NCBI GenBank assembly: GCA_014297435.1
Contig: JACOQA010000003.1
Location: forward strand, 143,460 to 207,459
Source of the DNA: Candidatus Nanohaloarchaea archaeon
Lineage (GTDB): Archaea > Nanohalarchaeota > Nanosalinia > Nanosalinales > Nanosalinaceae
Direction: 5' to 3'
DNA length: 64,000 bases
Under the pieces are notes generated by a model, which saw nothing but the letters and a program-made list of their open reading frames with translations, was not told where the DNA came from and did no database searches. Shown here in pieces: positions 28,407-38,392 of this stretch (positions are counted from its first letter, which is position 1; each line of letters opens with the position of its first letter). Both the position numbers and the translations under genes were made by a program.

Positions 28407-28688
28407 ATGACAGAAGTACGTGCATCACACATCCTTGTAGATAACGAAGAACACGCCAAGCAGCTAAAACTGAAGATTGACAGGGACGAAGCCAGTTTTG
28501 AAGATCTGGCGAAAGAACATTCCGACTGCCCTTCAAGCGAGAAAGGTGGCGACCTAGGCTTCTTCGGAAGAGGGAAGATGGCGAAACCCTTCGAAAGAAA
28601 AGCATTCGAGCTTGACGAAGGAGAAATTTCCGATCCTGTAGAGACCCAGTTCGGATGGCACCTCATTAAGAAGACCGGGGAGAAATAA
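28407..28688 (+). CDS. ppiC: Parvulin-type peptidyl-prolyl isomerase
   Basis: RASHILV, FEDLAKEHSDCPS..KGGDLG, PVETQFGWHLI. Confidence 0.95.
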   Translation: MTEVRASHILVDNEEHAKQLKLKIDRDEASFEDLAKEHSDCPSSEKGGDLGFFGRGKMAKPFERKAFELDEGEISDPVETQFGWHLIKKTGEK

Positions 28689-28740
28689 ACCCGGTCCACC
28701 TTTATAAAATTTAACAGAGATTCATGGAGTACGGGTTATC

Positions 28741-29226
28741 ATGTCTGAAACACAGGAAGTTGTAAGGATCGCCAGAACCGGAATCGACGGCACCAAGCCT
28801 GTCGGAAAAGCACTGACAGGACTAAAAGGAGTAGGTGACATGTACGCTAACGCAGTCGCCGAGAACCTTGACGTCGACGAAGATCAGAAAATGGGAGACC
28901 TATCTGAAGAAAAAATTGACGAAATTGAAGAAATGCTAAAGAACCCTGACCAGTTAGAACTACCAAACTGGATCAGGAACAGAAGAAAAGAAAGAGAAAC
29001 TGGCGAAAACAACCACCTTATTGAGTCTGACCTTGAACTGAAAGAAGAGTTCGATATCAGAAGGATGAAGGAGATTGAATCCTACAAAGGTTGGAGACAC
29101 CAAAACGGACTTCCTGTACGCGGACAGAAGACAAAATCCTCATTCAGATCCGGTTCAAAGATCGGAGTCTCACGTGCAAGACTTCAGGAAGAAGCCTCAG
29201 AGGGAGGCGGCGGAGACGAGGAATAG
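28741..29226 (+). CDS. rps13p: 30S ribosomal protein uS13
   Basis: VRIARTGIDG...GLKGVG...YKGWRH..GLPVRGQKT. Confidence 0.98.
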   Translation: MSETQEVVRIARTGIDGTKPVGKALTGLKGVGDMYANAVAENLDVDEDQKMGDLSEEKIDEIEEMLKNPDQLELPNWIRNRRKERETGENNHLIESDLELKEEFDIRRMKEIESYKGWRHQNGLPVRGQKTKSSFRSGSKIGVSRARLQEEASEGGGGDEE

Positions 29227-29237
29227 AGGTGTAAAAA

Positions 29238-29786
29238 ATGGTAAAGAAACTAAAACAACAGTACGAGACACCGAACGAAGGATGGAGCGAAGAAAGAATC
29301 AACAAGGAAGACCAGCTCCTAGAAGAATACGGACTGAAAAACAAGAGAGAAGTATACAAGGCAGAATCCAAGCTAAGAGGATTCAGAAGAGAAGCAAGAA
29401 AACTGATTGCTTCCGAAGACGAGGACAGAAGACAGGATCTCGTCAGAAAAACTCACTCGCTCGGACTCATCAAAGAGGACGGCGGGCTTGAAGACATTCT
29501 AACACTCAATACTACAGACCTTCTTGACCGAAGGCTTCAGACAGCTGTCGAGAGAAAAGGCTTCGCAGACACAGCACTCGAAGCAAGACAGCTTGTCAAC
29601 CACGGACACGTTGAAATTGAAGGGGACAGAGTAACTGTTCCAGGCTACCTTCTTACACAGGAAGAAGAGAAGAAAGTCACAGTAGAACTTCCAGAACCAG
29701 AGGAAGAACCTGAAGAAGTTGAGGAAGAGGTTGAAGAGGAATCTGAAACCGAAGAGAACGAAGAAGACGAGGAGGCTGAAGAATAA
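29238..29786 (+). CDS. rps4p: 30S ribosomal protein uS4 with acidic tail
   Basis: YGLKNKREV...RRLQT...ARQLVNHGH. Confidence 0.97.
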   Translation: MVKKLKQQYETPNEGWSEERINKEDQLLEEYGLKNKREVYKAESKLRGFRREARKLIASEDEDRRQDLVRKTHSLGLIKEDGGLEDILTLNTTDLLDRRLQTAVERKGFADTALEARQLVNHGHVEIEGDRVTVPGYLLTQEEEKKVTVELPEPEEEPEEVEEEVEEESETEENEEDEEAEE

Positions 29787-30169
29787 TGACAAAGAAAGGT
29801 ATCGTAAACATCTACTCAAGCTTCAACAACACAATAATCCACATCACAGACGGAACCGGAGCTGAAACAATTTCCAGAATTTCAGCAGGAATGGTTACTG
29901 ACAAAGGAAGACTACAGGGAAGCCCTTTCCCAGCTATGAAGGCAGCTAAACAGGGAGTCGAGGAAGCTCTTGAGAAAGGAATCGAGAAGGTCGATATCCA
30001 GGTTAGAGCTCCCGGCGGACAGAAGCAGAAGATGCCAGGTAAAGGAGCTCAGCCAGCAATCAGAGCTATCTCAAGATCCGATCTAGAAGTCGGAAATATT
30101 GAGGATGTTACTCCTGTACCTCACGACGGATGCAAATCCAAGGGAGGAAAGAGAGGAAGAAGGGTCTAA
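29786..30169 (+). CDS. rps11p: 30S ribosomal protein uS11
   Basis: [12 protein letters not shown]...[11 protein letters not shown]...GGKRGRRV. Confidence 0.98.
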   Translation: MTKKGIVNIYSSFNNTIIHITDGTGAETISRISAGMVTDKGRLQGSPFPAMKAAKQGVEEALEKGIEKVDIQVRAPGGQKQKMPGKGAQPAIRAISRSDLEVGNIEDVTPVPHDGCKSKGGKRGRRV

Positions 30170-30172
30170 AAA

Positions 30173-30745
30173 ATGGATATTGAGACCGTTGAAGAAACTG
30201 ATGACGTTTTGAAACTTGAAGTTTCTGGGATCAACGAAGCCATCGCAAACTCTCTAAGAAGGGCGATGATGGTCAAAGTCCCTACACTCGCAGTTGAAGA
30301 GCTTGATATTAATTCTAACGAATCAGCTCTCTACGATGAAATGCTTGCAAACAGAGTAGGACAGGTGCCTTTTACCATCCCTCAAAATGTAGACGAGGAA
30401 GACACGGTTCATATCGCACTTACTCAGGAAGGTCCTGGAACAGTTCTCGCCGAAGATCTTAAAGCGGATAACGATGAAGCTGAGCCTGTTAATCCTGAAG
30501 CAGTTATCGTAGATCTCAAAGAAGATCAGAAAGTTGATTTTGAGGCTACAGCAACCCTTGGAACAGGAGATGAGCACGCCAAACACCAGGGCGGAACAAT
30601 AGGTTACGAGAAACTGGACGATGGAGAGTTCAGGTTTAGAATCGAGTCGACTTCAGGTTACAGTAATGAGGAGCTTTTCGAGCAGGCTATCGAAGAGATC
30701 AGGAACGAGCTTGACGAGTTTGAAGAAGCTGTAGCCGAGCTTTAA
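30173..30745 (+). CDS. rpoD: RNA polymerase subunit D (Rpo3), short form
   Basis: ANSLRRAMM..VPTLA...N.SALYDEMLA.R...HAK. Confidence 0.95.
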   Translation: MDIETVEETDDVLKLEVSGINEAIANSLRRAMMVKVPTLAVEELDINSNESALYDEMLANRVGQVPFTIPQNVDEEDTVHIALTQEGPGTVLAEDLKADNDEAEPVNPEAVIVDLKEDQKVDFEATATLGTGDEHAKHQGGTIGYEKLDDGEFRFRIESTSGYSNEELFEQAIEEIRNELDEFEEAVAEL

Positions 30746-30763
30746 CCTCATATCTATTTAACA

Positions 30764-30781
30764 TTGTTCTCTAGTGTAATT
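30764..30781. promoter_or_regulatory. Operator candidate TTGTTC-TCTAGT-GTAATT
   Basis: Between TATA TATTTAA (30755-30761) and ATG 30790. Confidence 0.45.
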
Positions 30782-30789
30782 GTTAGGCT

Positions 30790-31350
30790 ATGTCTTACGA
30801 CGGAGAACGTGAAATTGTTACACCGCATGATCAAACACGTGTAGAAGATCTCGCGACCGATATATCCGGAGTCGGAATAGGAATGAGCTCCGAGCATTAC
30901 GAAGTTGCGGAAGAATTTGATCCTGACCCCGGAGTCGTACCAATAGGAGGCTATGATCTGGACGATCTTGTTAAACATGAGATCGGAGAGATCCCGGGAG
31001 AGCTAAGACTTGTTAACGCAGATGAAGACAGGGCGATCTACCAGGGAAGAGCTACCGAGGTAGACGTGACTGCTGATGAAGATGGTTTCATAATCGGATG
31101 TACTGTCGACCAGAGACTCGGTTATAATCATAACGCTCCTTTAGTGGAGGCTGATGAGGTTCCTCCGTTCGCAGAGGTCCTCCAAGGAGAAATAAACGAA
31201 GACAGAGGAAACCGTTACGAATGGCGCGTAGGACCCGGAGAGACGGAAGTACTCGATCAGACTTTCGACGATCTTGCGTATACCGACCAGGTTCTATCAG
31301 AAAACTCGCGCTTCCTTTCAAGATATGAGGTAGGACCCGAAGAAAAGTAG
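30790..31350 (+). CDS. Orphan acidic protein
   Basis: 186-aa ORF between rpoD and tRNA-Leu. Confidence 0.75.
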   Translation: MSYDGEREIVTPHDQTRVEDLATDISGVGIGMSSEHYEVAEEFDPDPGVVPIGGYDLDDLVKHEIGEIPGELRLVNADEDRAIYQGRATEVDVTADEDGFIIGCTVDQRLGYNHNAPLVEADEVPPFAEVLQGEINEDRGNRYEWRVGPGETEVLDQTFDDLAYTDQVLSENSRFLSRYEVGPEEK

Positions 31351-31401
31351 GTTCTTACCCTTCTTCTTTAACTCTTTAACCTCAGTTCTAATTTAGTAGA
31401 T

Positions 31402-31484
<83 letters not shown>

Positions 31485-31528
31485 AACTTGCTATATCTTT
31501 TTAACCAAGCTTCGACAATTCTCCGATA

Positions 31529-32479
31529 ATGGATATGGAAGAGGCTTTTCCCCGGCTCTCAAGCAAAAATAAGTCTGAAGATGAAGAGGATCTGAAGAAG
31601 AAGGTTGATGATGTTCTGGACGAGAAAGAGTCGGAATGGGAGGACACCTTTTCCAAGTACCAGGAGATGAACCGCCAATTACATGTAAAAGCGATGGCGG
31701 AAGCCCAGAGAAAGGTCCTCAGAGAGGTAATGGAAGATATGGTGGAGATGGTCGAGGATAGGACCGATGCCACTAAGGAAGAGCTTGAAGAAATGGTAGA
31801 AAACAGGACGGAAGAACTCGAAGAAGAGATAGAGTCGAACGCTGAAAAAATAGATGATTTAGAAGAGACGCACGAAGAAGATACGGAAGAGCTTGAAGAG
31901 AATATCAAAGAATCTAACAAGGACTTGCTTGAAAGAATTGATTCGACTAAGGAGAAGCTTAACGAGAGGATTGATTCGAACCGTTCCTTATTCAGGAAGA
32001 AATCAGATACTTTGACAGATAAAATAGATGAAGCCACGCTTAAACTTAAATCGATTGAGGAAACCGAAACACCTGAAGCACTGAGCGAAAAGGTTGAAAC
32101 CTTATCGGAGAAAGTTGAGAAGGTCGAGGAAGAGTCCCGAGAGGCTGATAACGCAGGCGTTGATACTGATGAGGTAGTGGAGAAAGTAAGAGAAAGGCTT
32201 GAAGTCGAGAAAATGAAACAGATTGAGGAATCGAACGATGATGAAGAGGAGTCTTCTGCATTAACACCTGGAAAGATTGATGAGTCGATGGAAGGAAGAA
32301 AAGTAAAGGTTGAAGGCAATCTCGAGTTCAGGAAGAAAGTAAAGGAATATAATTTCTACAAGATGTCGGAGAAAGGCGAACATGTTATTGTAAGATCGAA
32401 GGATCGTATTCCTTCAGGCAGACATGTCTTTGATGGAACTGTGAAGAAGATCAAGGGCAATCTTGTTGTCGACACATAG
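31529..32479 (+). CDS. Coiled-coil protein with C-terminal OB-fold-like domain (short paralogue)
   Basis: Heptad-rich E/K body; C-terminal GRKVKVEG...VIVRS...G.V beta domain shared with 35234-38392. Confidence 0.75.
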   Translation: MDMEEAFPRLSSKNKSEDEEDLKKKVDDVLDEKESEWEDTFSKYQEMNRQLHVKAMAEAQRKVLREVMEDMVEMVEDRTDATKEELEEMVENRTEELEEEIESNAEKIDDLEETHEEDTEELEENIKESNKDLLERIDSTKEKLNERIDSNRSLFRKKSDTLTDKIDEATLKLKSIEETETPEALSEKVETLSEKVEKVEEESREADNAGVDTDEVVEKVRERLEVEKMKQIEESNDDEEESSALTPGKIDESMEGRKVKVEGNLEFRKKVKEYNFYKMSEKGEHVIVRSKDRIPSGRHVFDGTVKKIKGNLVVDT

Positions 32480-32552
32480 ACCGGTTTATAAAGTTCACCT
32501 TCTCTTTTGTGGATACCAGCAGTGGCATTTTGTTGCCGCGAGGTAGATTACT

Positions 32553-32903
32553 ATGGATGCTAAAGCAGATCCAACCAACCCGGTACTAGTCGAAACAATC
32601 GAGCTTCTCAAGGAGCAGGACGCACCTGTATACAGAGAAGCCGCAGAAAATCTTGGAAAAGTTAATAGAAGACGTCCGGAAGTCAACATTTCGGACATCG
32701 AAAGAAATACTGAGGAAGGCGACACCGTGATCGTTCCCGGAAAAGTCCTGGGAACAGGATACCTTTCGAAAGGTGTTAAGGTCGCAGCCTTCAAAGCCTC
32801 ATCCAGCGCAAAAGAAAAGATCAGTGAGGAAGGCGAGTTCAAGTTTATCGAGGATCTTGTAGAAGAAAATCCTAAAGGAGAAGAGGTGAAGATTCTAAAA
32901 TGA
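32553..32903 (+). CDS. rpl18e: 50S ribosomal protein eL18
   Basis: TNP.L...RRRPEVNIS.I...VPGKVLGTG. Confidence 0.97.
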   Translation: MDAKADPTNPVLVETIELLKEQDAPVYREAAENLGKVNRRRPEVNISDIERNTEEGDTVIVPGKVLGTGYLSKGVKVAAFKASSSAKEKISEEGEFKFIEDLVEENPKGEEVKILK

Positions 32904-33313
32904 CTGTAGTAGTAAACGCAGAAAACAAAGTTCTAGGAAGACTTGCATCAAATATCGCCAGAAAGATCAACGACGGAGAAGAAGTAAGAGTTGTTAACTC
33001 CGAGAAAGCAGTTATCTCCGGCGACGAAAAAGAAGTCAAGGAAGAGTACAAGACAAAATACGACAGAGGTGCAAGAGACTTCGGACCATACTACCCAAAA
33101 AGACCTGACAAGATCCTGAAGAGAACAGTAAAAGGAATGGTCGCAGACGGCGACGAAGACCACGTCAGAACCTACCTTGGAGTTCCTGAAGAGCTTGAAG
33201 ACTTCAAGGAAGTTGATGTCAAGGAAGGAGACGACCTTAAGAACAGGAACTATGTAAAACTTGGCGAGGTATCCAAGTTTATCGGATGGACTCCCTCGGG
33301 TGATCTAGAATAA
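32900..33313 (+). CDS. rpl13p: 50S ribosomal protein uL13
   Basis: VLGRLAS...NSEKAVISG...GPYYPKRPD.ILKRTVKGM. Confidence 0.96.
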   Translation: MTVVVNAENKVLGRLASNIARKINDGEEVRVVNSEKAVISGDEKEVKEEYKTKYDRGARDFGPYYPKRPDKILKRTVKGMVADGDEDHVRTYLGVPEELEDFKEVDVKEGDDLKNRNYVKLGEVSKFIGWTPSGDLE

Positions 33314-33711
33314 TGACACACGCAAACGGAAAAAGAAAGACAGCAAAGGCAAGAGCTTCAGTTACTGAAGGAGAAGGAACCCTGAGGATCAACTCCCAGC
33401 CACTCAAAACATACAGAGAAATGTTCAGACAGAGAGTCAAAGAACCTCTCGTAATCGCAGGCGAAGATGTCTACTCCGACCTAGACATCGATGTAAACGT
33501 TGAAGGCGGAGGAATCCAGGCACAGGCAGAAGCCACAAGAATGGCAGTCGCCCGCGCACTTGTAGACCACACAGGAGACGACGATCTCGAGAGAGACTTC
33601 AGGGACTATGACAGGAACATGATAGTCGAAGATCCAAGAAGAACCGAGACACGCAAACCTTCGCAGTCCTCAAAGGGAGCGAGACACAAACAGCAGAAGT
33701 CGTACCGTTAG
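33313..33711 (+). CDS. rps9p: 30S ribosomal protein uS9
   Basis: GKRKTA.A...GGG..AQA...QKSYR. Confidence 0.98.
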   Translation: MTHANGKRKTAKARASVTEGEGTLRINSQPLKTYREMFRQRVKEPLVIAGEDVYSDLDIDVNVEGGGIQAQAEATRMAVARALVDHTGDDDLERDFRDYDRNMIVEDPRRTETRKPSQSSKGARHKQQKSYR

Positions 33712-33723
33712 AGGTATCCAAGA

Positions 33724-33921
33724 ATGCAAATACCAGTACGCTGCATGTCATGCGGCAAGGTAATCTCCGACAAATGGGAAGAGTTTAACGAGAGAGTCGA
33801 TGACGGAGAGGACAAGAAGGAAGTCCTTGACGACCTCGGACTAGAGAAGTACTGTTGTAGAACAGTCTTCCTTACCCACGTTGACACAGTAGAAGAAGTC
33901 GGAGAGCACAAGATCGTTTAA
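33724..33921 (+). CDS. rpoN: RNA polymerase subunit N (Rpo10)
   Basis: IPVRCMSCGK...LDDLGL.KYCCR. Confidence 0.98.
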   Translation: MQIPVRCMSCGKVISDKWEEFNERVDDGEDKKEVLDDLGLEKYCCRTVFLTHVDTVEEVGEHKIV

Positions 33922-33961
33922 AGCGATCTTTTTTTCTCCCCTATTTTCCTAACAAGGATTT

Positions 33962-34348
33962 TTACTTTCTTCCAAGCTTCCTGAGCGCAGGAAGAACCAT
34001 CTCTAGATTAGGAGCTAGGTCTAATTCATCGAGTTCAGAGCCGTTGAACCATTCAAGTTTTCCAAATTTTTCTTCCTTCAGTTCAGGTTCTTCGCTGGTT
34101 TCGGCGAGGTAGCAGTGCCAGAGGAACAAAGTTCCATCATGTTCGAACTCTCCCGTGTAGAACGGCTTCCGTAGCTCCAATTCAACACCGATTTCTTCCC
34201 GTGCCTCTCTCACAGCTGCTTCGGTCGGGCTCTCCTCGCCCTCAACTTTTCCTCCGGGAACCTCCCAGTATCCTTCGTCTTCTCTATACAGAAGCAATAT
34301 CTTTTCGTTCTCTATGATTAAACTCCCAGCCAACTCAGTGTACTCCAT
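33962..34348 (-). CDS. NUDIX hydrolase
   Basis: PGGKVEGEESPTEAAVREAREEIG. Confidence 0.93.
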   Translation of the reverse strand: MEYTELAGSLIIENEKILLLYREDEGYWEVPGGKVEGEESPTEAAVREAREEIGVELELRKPFYTGEFEHDGTLFLWHCYLAETSEEPELKEEKFGKLEWFNGSELDELDLAPNLEMVLPALRKLGRK

Positions 34349-35145
34349 TAGAAGAGAACTAGTGGAAGCATGGATAAGAAGCCTACGACCAGACCTGTAG
34401 CCATCTCCTTTTTACCGCCGCCTTCAAGGTCTTCGCCCTCCTCAAGTCCTTCAGGTATCAAATGGTGTACAACAAGTACAGACATGGCGCCTGCTGCAAA
34501 ACCGAAGCCGTACGGAAGGAAAGCTCTTGCTAAAGTAACGAAGTAGTATGCGATCACGGCACCTATAGGCTGCGGAAGCGATGAGAATACAGCCCACCAG
34601 ACCATACTGTACTTCGAAAGACCTAATCGTTTGATAGGTATCGAAATAGCAAGACCCTCCGGAATGTTGTGTATAGAAATAGCTATAGTCATGAAGACTG
34701 CCAAAACCGGTACTGTAAAACCAAGGAAATCGATTCCTGCAGCCAAATTAAGATCTGCGAACGAGACGCCAATAGCCACGCCCTCGGGAAAGCTGTGAAC
34801 CGTTAAAATACCTAGAATTAGTACAAGTTTCGTAAAATCTGCTTTCGGAAGCTCTTCGGGTTCATAATTAAACCTGTGGATAACCTTGTCCGCTATAAAA
34901 ACAAGTACCCCGCCCAGAAAACCACCAGTTAAAACCTGAAATATAGTTCCCTCAGCCAGACCTTCTAATACCAGACCGAACACAGATGCGGAGATCATTA
35001 TTCCCGAGGCTAGACCCCATAGTCCGACCGTCCACCTATCTGAAACTTCATCCTTGAAGAAGTATGGCAAAGCTCCTAAACCGGTCGCTAAAGCAGTTAT
35101 AAGTCCTGAGATAAAGACCAGCGTGAACTCTGCAAGCGTGGTCAT
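34348..35145 (-). CDS. ZIP family metal transporter (ZupT/GufA-like)
   Basis: HSFPEGVAIG and HNIPEG motifs. Confidence 0.93.
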   Translation of the reverse strand: MTTLAEFTLVFISGLITALATGLGALPYFFKDEVSDRWTVGLWGLASGIMISASVFGLVLEGLAEGTIFQVLTGGFLGGVLVFIADKVIHRFNYEPEELPKADFTKLVLILGILTVHSFPEGVAIGVSFADLNLAAGIDFLGFTVPVLAVFMTIAISIHNIPEGLAISIPIKRLGLSKYSMVWWAVFSSLPQPIGAVIAYYFVTLARAFLPYGFGFAAGAMSVLVVHHLIPEGLEEGEDLEGGGKKEMATGLVVGFLSMLPLVLF

Positions 35146-35233
35146 AAACCAAAGTGTTTACTCCATGGTTAAGAGTGCTATGTTTCTGCGGGAACCATTT
35201 TAAGCCAGCCGAGCAAAAAACTTTCTACGGAAG

Positions 35234-38200
35234 ATGAGCCTGAAGCAGATAATCTCCGACCTCCGTTCAAGAGACGAAAAGTTCGAGAAAGAAATCGAGG
35301 AAGTCCAAAGCCAAGAGGAAGAGGAGATAGTTTCAGAAATTGACGAGGACATGAAGAGAATCGTCGAGCAGAAGAAATCAGAGTGGGAAGATGCATTTGA
35401 AAACTACAGAGAGGAAGACCGGGAAACTTTCATACAGGCTGTAGAACACATCAAAAACAACTTTATACAAGAACTGAGGAAGGACGTAAGACAGGTAACC
35501 GAGGAACACCATAAGGAAATAAGACAGAAACTTCTAGAGGAGCTGGATGAGTTCGAGGAGAACCAGAAAGAACTTAGCGAAGAGATCGAGCTAGAAGTCG
35601 AACACCAGAAACAAAGAATCGACAAGAGACTAGATGATAAGACGGAGGAGCTGGAGAAGCAGCTTGATCAGAAAATAGAAGAGTTAAACCAGGAAAGAGA
35701 AGATTTGGAGAAAAGCGTCGAGTCCAAATCTCAAGAAGTAGATGAAAAACTTGCAGAAGTAGATTCTAAACTTAAAGAAGCTAATGAAAGGATCGAATCA
35801 GGTCTCGAGTCTGAGAAGGAAGAGATAGAGCAACGGTTCGAACAACAGAACTCTGAACTTCAGAGAAGACAAAAGGAAGCTAAGAAAGAACTTGAGTCGA
35901 AGACTGAAGAGCTTGAAAATGAGATAAACGAAAAAGCAGAACAAGTTGAAAAAGAGTCGAGAGATCTACGTTCTAACTTTGGAGAGTTCAAACAGGACGT
36001 CAAGAGCAATATAGACGAACAAGAAGAGAAGATCGAAACAAGATTCAAACAGCAAAGAGAGAAGATCAAGAAGAAAGAAGAGGAACTGGATTCCAGATTC
36101 GAAGAGAGCCAGAAAAAGGTTGAGAAAACGCTAGAGGAAAAGGAAGAAGATTTAGAAGATAATCTAGAGAAGAAAAGCAGCAGTATAGATGAAAAAATCG
36201 ACCGGATAGAGTCCCAAATAGATGACCACGAGGAAAATGTTAGTTCACGTCTAGACCGGAGGGAGAAAGCCTTCGAAGAGAAGCAGAAACAACTTGAGAA
36301 AAAACTGGAGAAGAAAGAGGAAGAGTTGAATAGCCATCTAGAGGAGAAAAGTAACGAGCTAAACGAAGAAATAGATCAGATACGCTCCAAAGTCAAGAAA
36401 CACGAGGAAAATGTTGATTCCCGTTTCGAACAGAAGAAAAAAGAGTTGGAGGAGCGAGGAGATAAGTTAGAGAAGAAGGTCGAGGAAAACCACGACAACC
36501 TTGTCTCCAGGATCGAAACCAAGGAGAACGAAATAGATTCTGAACTTAAAGACCATCGACAAGAAGTGGATTCAAGGCTGGAAAACGAGTTTGAGAAGCT
36601 TGAAGACAAGATGGAACATGATAGTAAGCAACTAAGTGAAAAGTTCAAAGAAAAGTCAAAGCAGCTCGATCAGAGACTCGAGGACAAACTTGATACCGCT
36701 GTTTTCAAGAAGGAGAAACAAGAATTGTCGAAACAGATTTCAGAAATTGGAGAGGAACAGGAGAGAAACACTAGTCAGCTTCAGGACATAAACCAGGAAA
36801 TGGATAGTCTTAACGATAAACTAGATGATACAAAGGACGAATTCAATAATAGGATCGAATTTGAGAAAGAGTCACGTCAGGAAACCGTAGAAGAGCTTAA
36901 CCAGAAAATTGAAACGAAAGCGGACTCCAAAAAACTTGAGGAACGTGCACGTGAACTGGAGGACTCACTAGAGGAAACCTCTGAAGACCTAAGTAAAACA
37001 GAGGAAGAGTTTAACGGAAGACTTGAACAAAAGATAAGCGCAGAGGAGCTCGAAAATAGCATCAAATCAGCTAAAGAAGCTCTCTCAAACAGAATAGAGA
37101 AAAAAGCTGATAGCGAGGAAATCGAAGACAGTATAGAGGATCTTAGAAAAGAACTCAATGAATCAGAAGAGAAGATTGAAAACCATATAGAGACCAATAA
37201 AGAAAGATTAAGTTCGAAGGTAGAAGAGAAAGAACTTGACCAGAAAACGAAAGATTTGGAGGAAGAAATAGAGAAAATTGAGGAAAATGTCGAAAATTCA
37301 ATAGAGGACCAAGAAGAAAACATCGAGAGCTTTAGGTCTGATATTGAGGAAAGGATAGACGAAAAGCTGGAGGATTCGAAGGAGAAAAGAGAAGATATAA
37401 CAAAAAGGCTAAAACAGAAAGCAGAATCCTCAGAGATAGATAGCCTGAAAAAGGACATAGAGGATAGACCGAAGAACGAAAAGGTAGAAGAAAAGTTCGA
37501 AGAAGTTCTTGAAAACATAGCAGAGTATGAGAAGAAAGTTGAGGGAAATCAGGAGAACATAGATGATCTAAGTAAAGAATTAGAAAATAGAGTGGGCTCC
37601 GCAGCAGACAGAGAGGACCTGGAAGAACTCGAACAGAAACTAGAGGACTCTATAAGTGAAAAACCAGGAGAGGAAGAAATAAATGATCTAGAAAAGAAGA
37701 TTGAAAGCAAACCCGGTTTTGAAACCTTAGAGGAGGCTCTAAGGGAACGAATTGATTCAAAGGCTGACATTCAGAAGGTTGAAGATCTTGAGAAAAGACT
37801 TGAGGAAACAGCTGACGCAAGAATCGAGGACGAAATTGAAGAACTTGAAGAAAAAATCAGCGATGCTAAAGAAGTGGAGGAGGAACTTCAAACCGTGAAG
37901 AAGCGTCTTGAACAAATTGAAGAAAGCGATAACGCTACCGAATCAGATATTGAAAAAGTGAAACAGAGTCTCGAGAAAAAGATTCTAGAACCTAATGAAG
38001 TTAAGAGGATTGCTTCGAACACGCAGGAAGTTGAAAAGCTTGAGAAACGTATCAAGAATCTTGAAAACCAGGATCGCTCCGATCTAGAGAGAAGAGTCGA
38101 AAAGCTCGAGAAACAACTGGAACAGACCTCTAGCTCAACTGGGACAAGATCAAGACAGGAGAAAAAGGATTTCTTCGAGCCTTCAGATTTGGACAAGGGA

Positions 38201-38392
38201 ATGACAGGAAACAGGATGAAGGTAAAAGGAAAGTTGAACTTCCATGAGGAGACTTCGGGAACTTTCCTTTACTCTTTGAGAGGTTCTGATGACTGGGTTG
38301 TAGTGCGTTCAAGTCAGAAGTTAGAGGAAGGTTCTACAACACTTCAAGGAGAGCTGAAGATACATCACGGCGATCTCTACCTAGAGGTCTAG
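35234..38392 (+). CDS. Very long coiled-coil protein with C-terminal OB-fold-like domain
   Basis: About 950 aa of E/K/L heptads; no Walker motifs, TM segment or signal peptide; paralogous to 31529-32479. Confidence 0.8.
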   Translation: MSLKQIISDLRSRDEKFEKEIEEVQSQEEEEIVSEIDEDMKRIVEQKKSEWEDAFENYREEDRETFIQAVEHIKNNFIQELRKDVRQVTEEHHKEIRQKLLEELDEFEENQKELSEEIELEVEHQKQRIDKRLDDKTEELEKQLDQKIEELNQEREDLEKSVESKSQEVDEKLAEVDSKLKEANERIESGLESEKEEIEQRFEQQNSELQRRQKEAKKELESKTEELENEINEKAEQVEKESRDLRSNFGEFKQDVKSNIDEQEEKIETRFKQQREKIKKKEEELDSRFEESQKKVEKTLEEKEEDLEDNLEKKSSSIDEKIDRIESQIDDHEENVSSRLDRREKAFEEKQKQLEKKLEKKEEELNSHLEEKSNELNEEIDQIRSKVKKHEENVDSRFEQKKKELEERGDKLEKKVEENHDNLVSRIETKENEIDSELKDHRQEVDSRLENEFEKLEDKMEHDSKQLSEKFKEKSKQLDQRLEDKLDTAVFKKEKQELSKQISEIGEEQERNTSQLQDINQEMDSLNDKLDDTKDEFNNRIEFEKESRQETVEELNQKIETKADSKKLEERARELEDSLEETSEDLSKTEEEFNGRLEQKISAEELENSIKSAKEALSNRIEKKADSEEIEDSIEDLRKELNESEEKIENHIETNKERLSSKVEEKELDQKTKDLEEEIEKIEENVENSIEDQEENIESFRSDIEERIDEKLEDSKEKREDITKRLKQKAESSEIDSLKKDIEDRPKNEKVEEKFEEVLENIAEYEKKVEGNQENIDDLSKELENRVGSAADREDLEELEQKLEDSISEKPGEEEINDLEKKIESKPGFETLEEALRERIDSKADIQKVEDLEKRLEETADARIEDEIEELEEKISDAKEVEEELQTVKKRLEQIEESDNATESDIEKVKQSLEKKILEPNEVKRIASNTQEVEKLEKRIKNLENQDRSDLERRVEKLEKQLEQTSSSTGTRSRQEKKDFFEPSDLDKGMTGNRMKVKGKLNFHEETSGTFLYSLRGSDDWVVVRSSQKLEEGSTTLQGELKIHHGDLYLEV

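Noticed and set aside
35234-38392. SMC/Rad50 assignment for the long coiled-coil protein
   Set aside because: No Walker A/B, signature motif, hinge or zinc hook.
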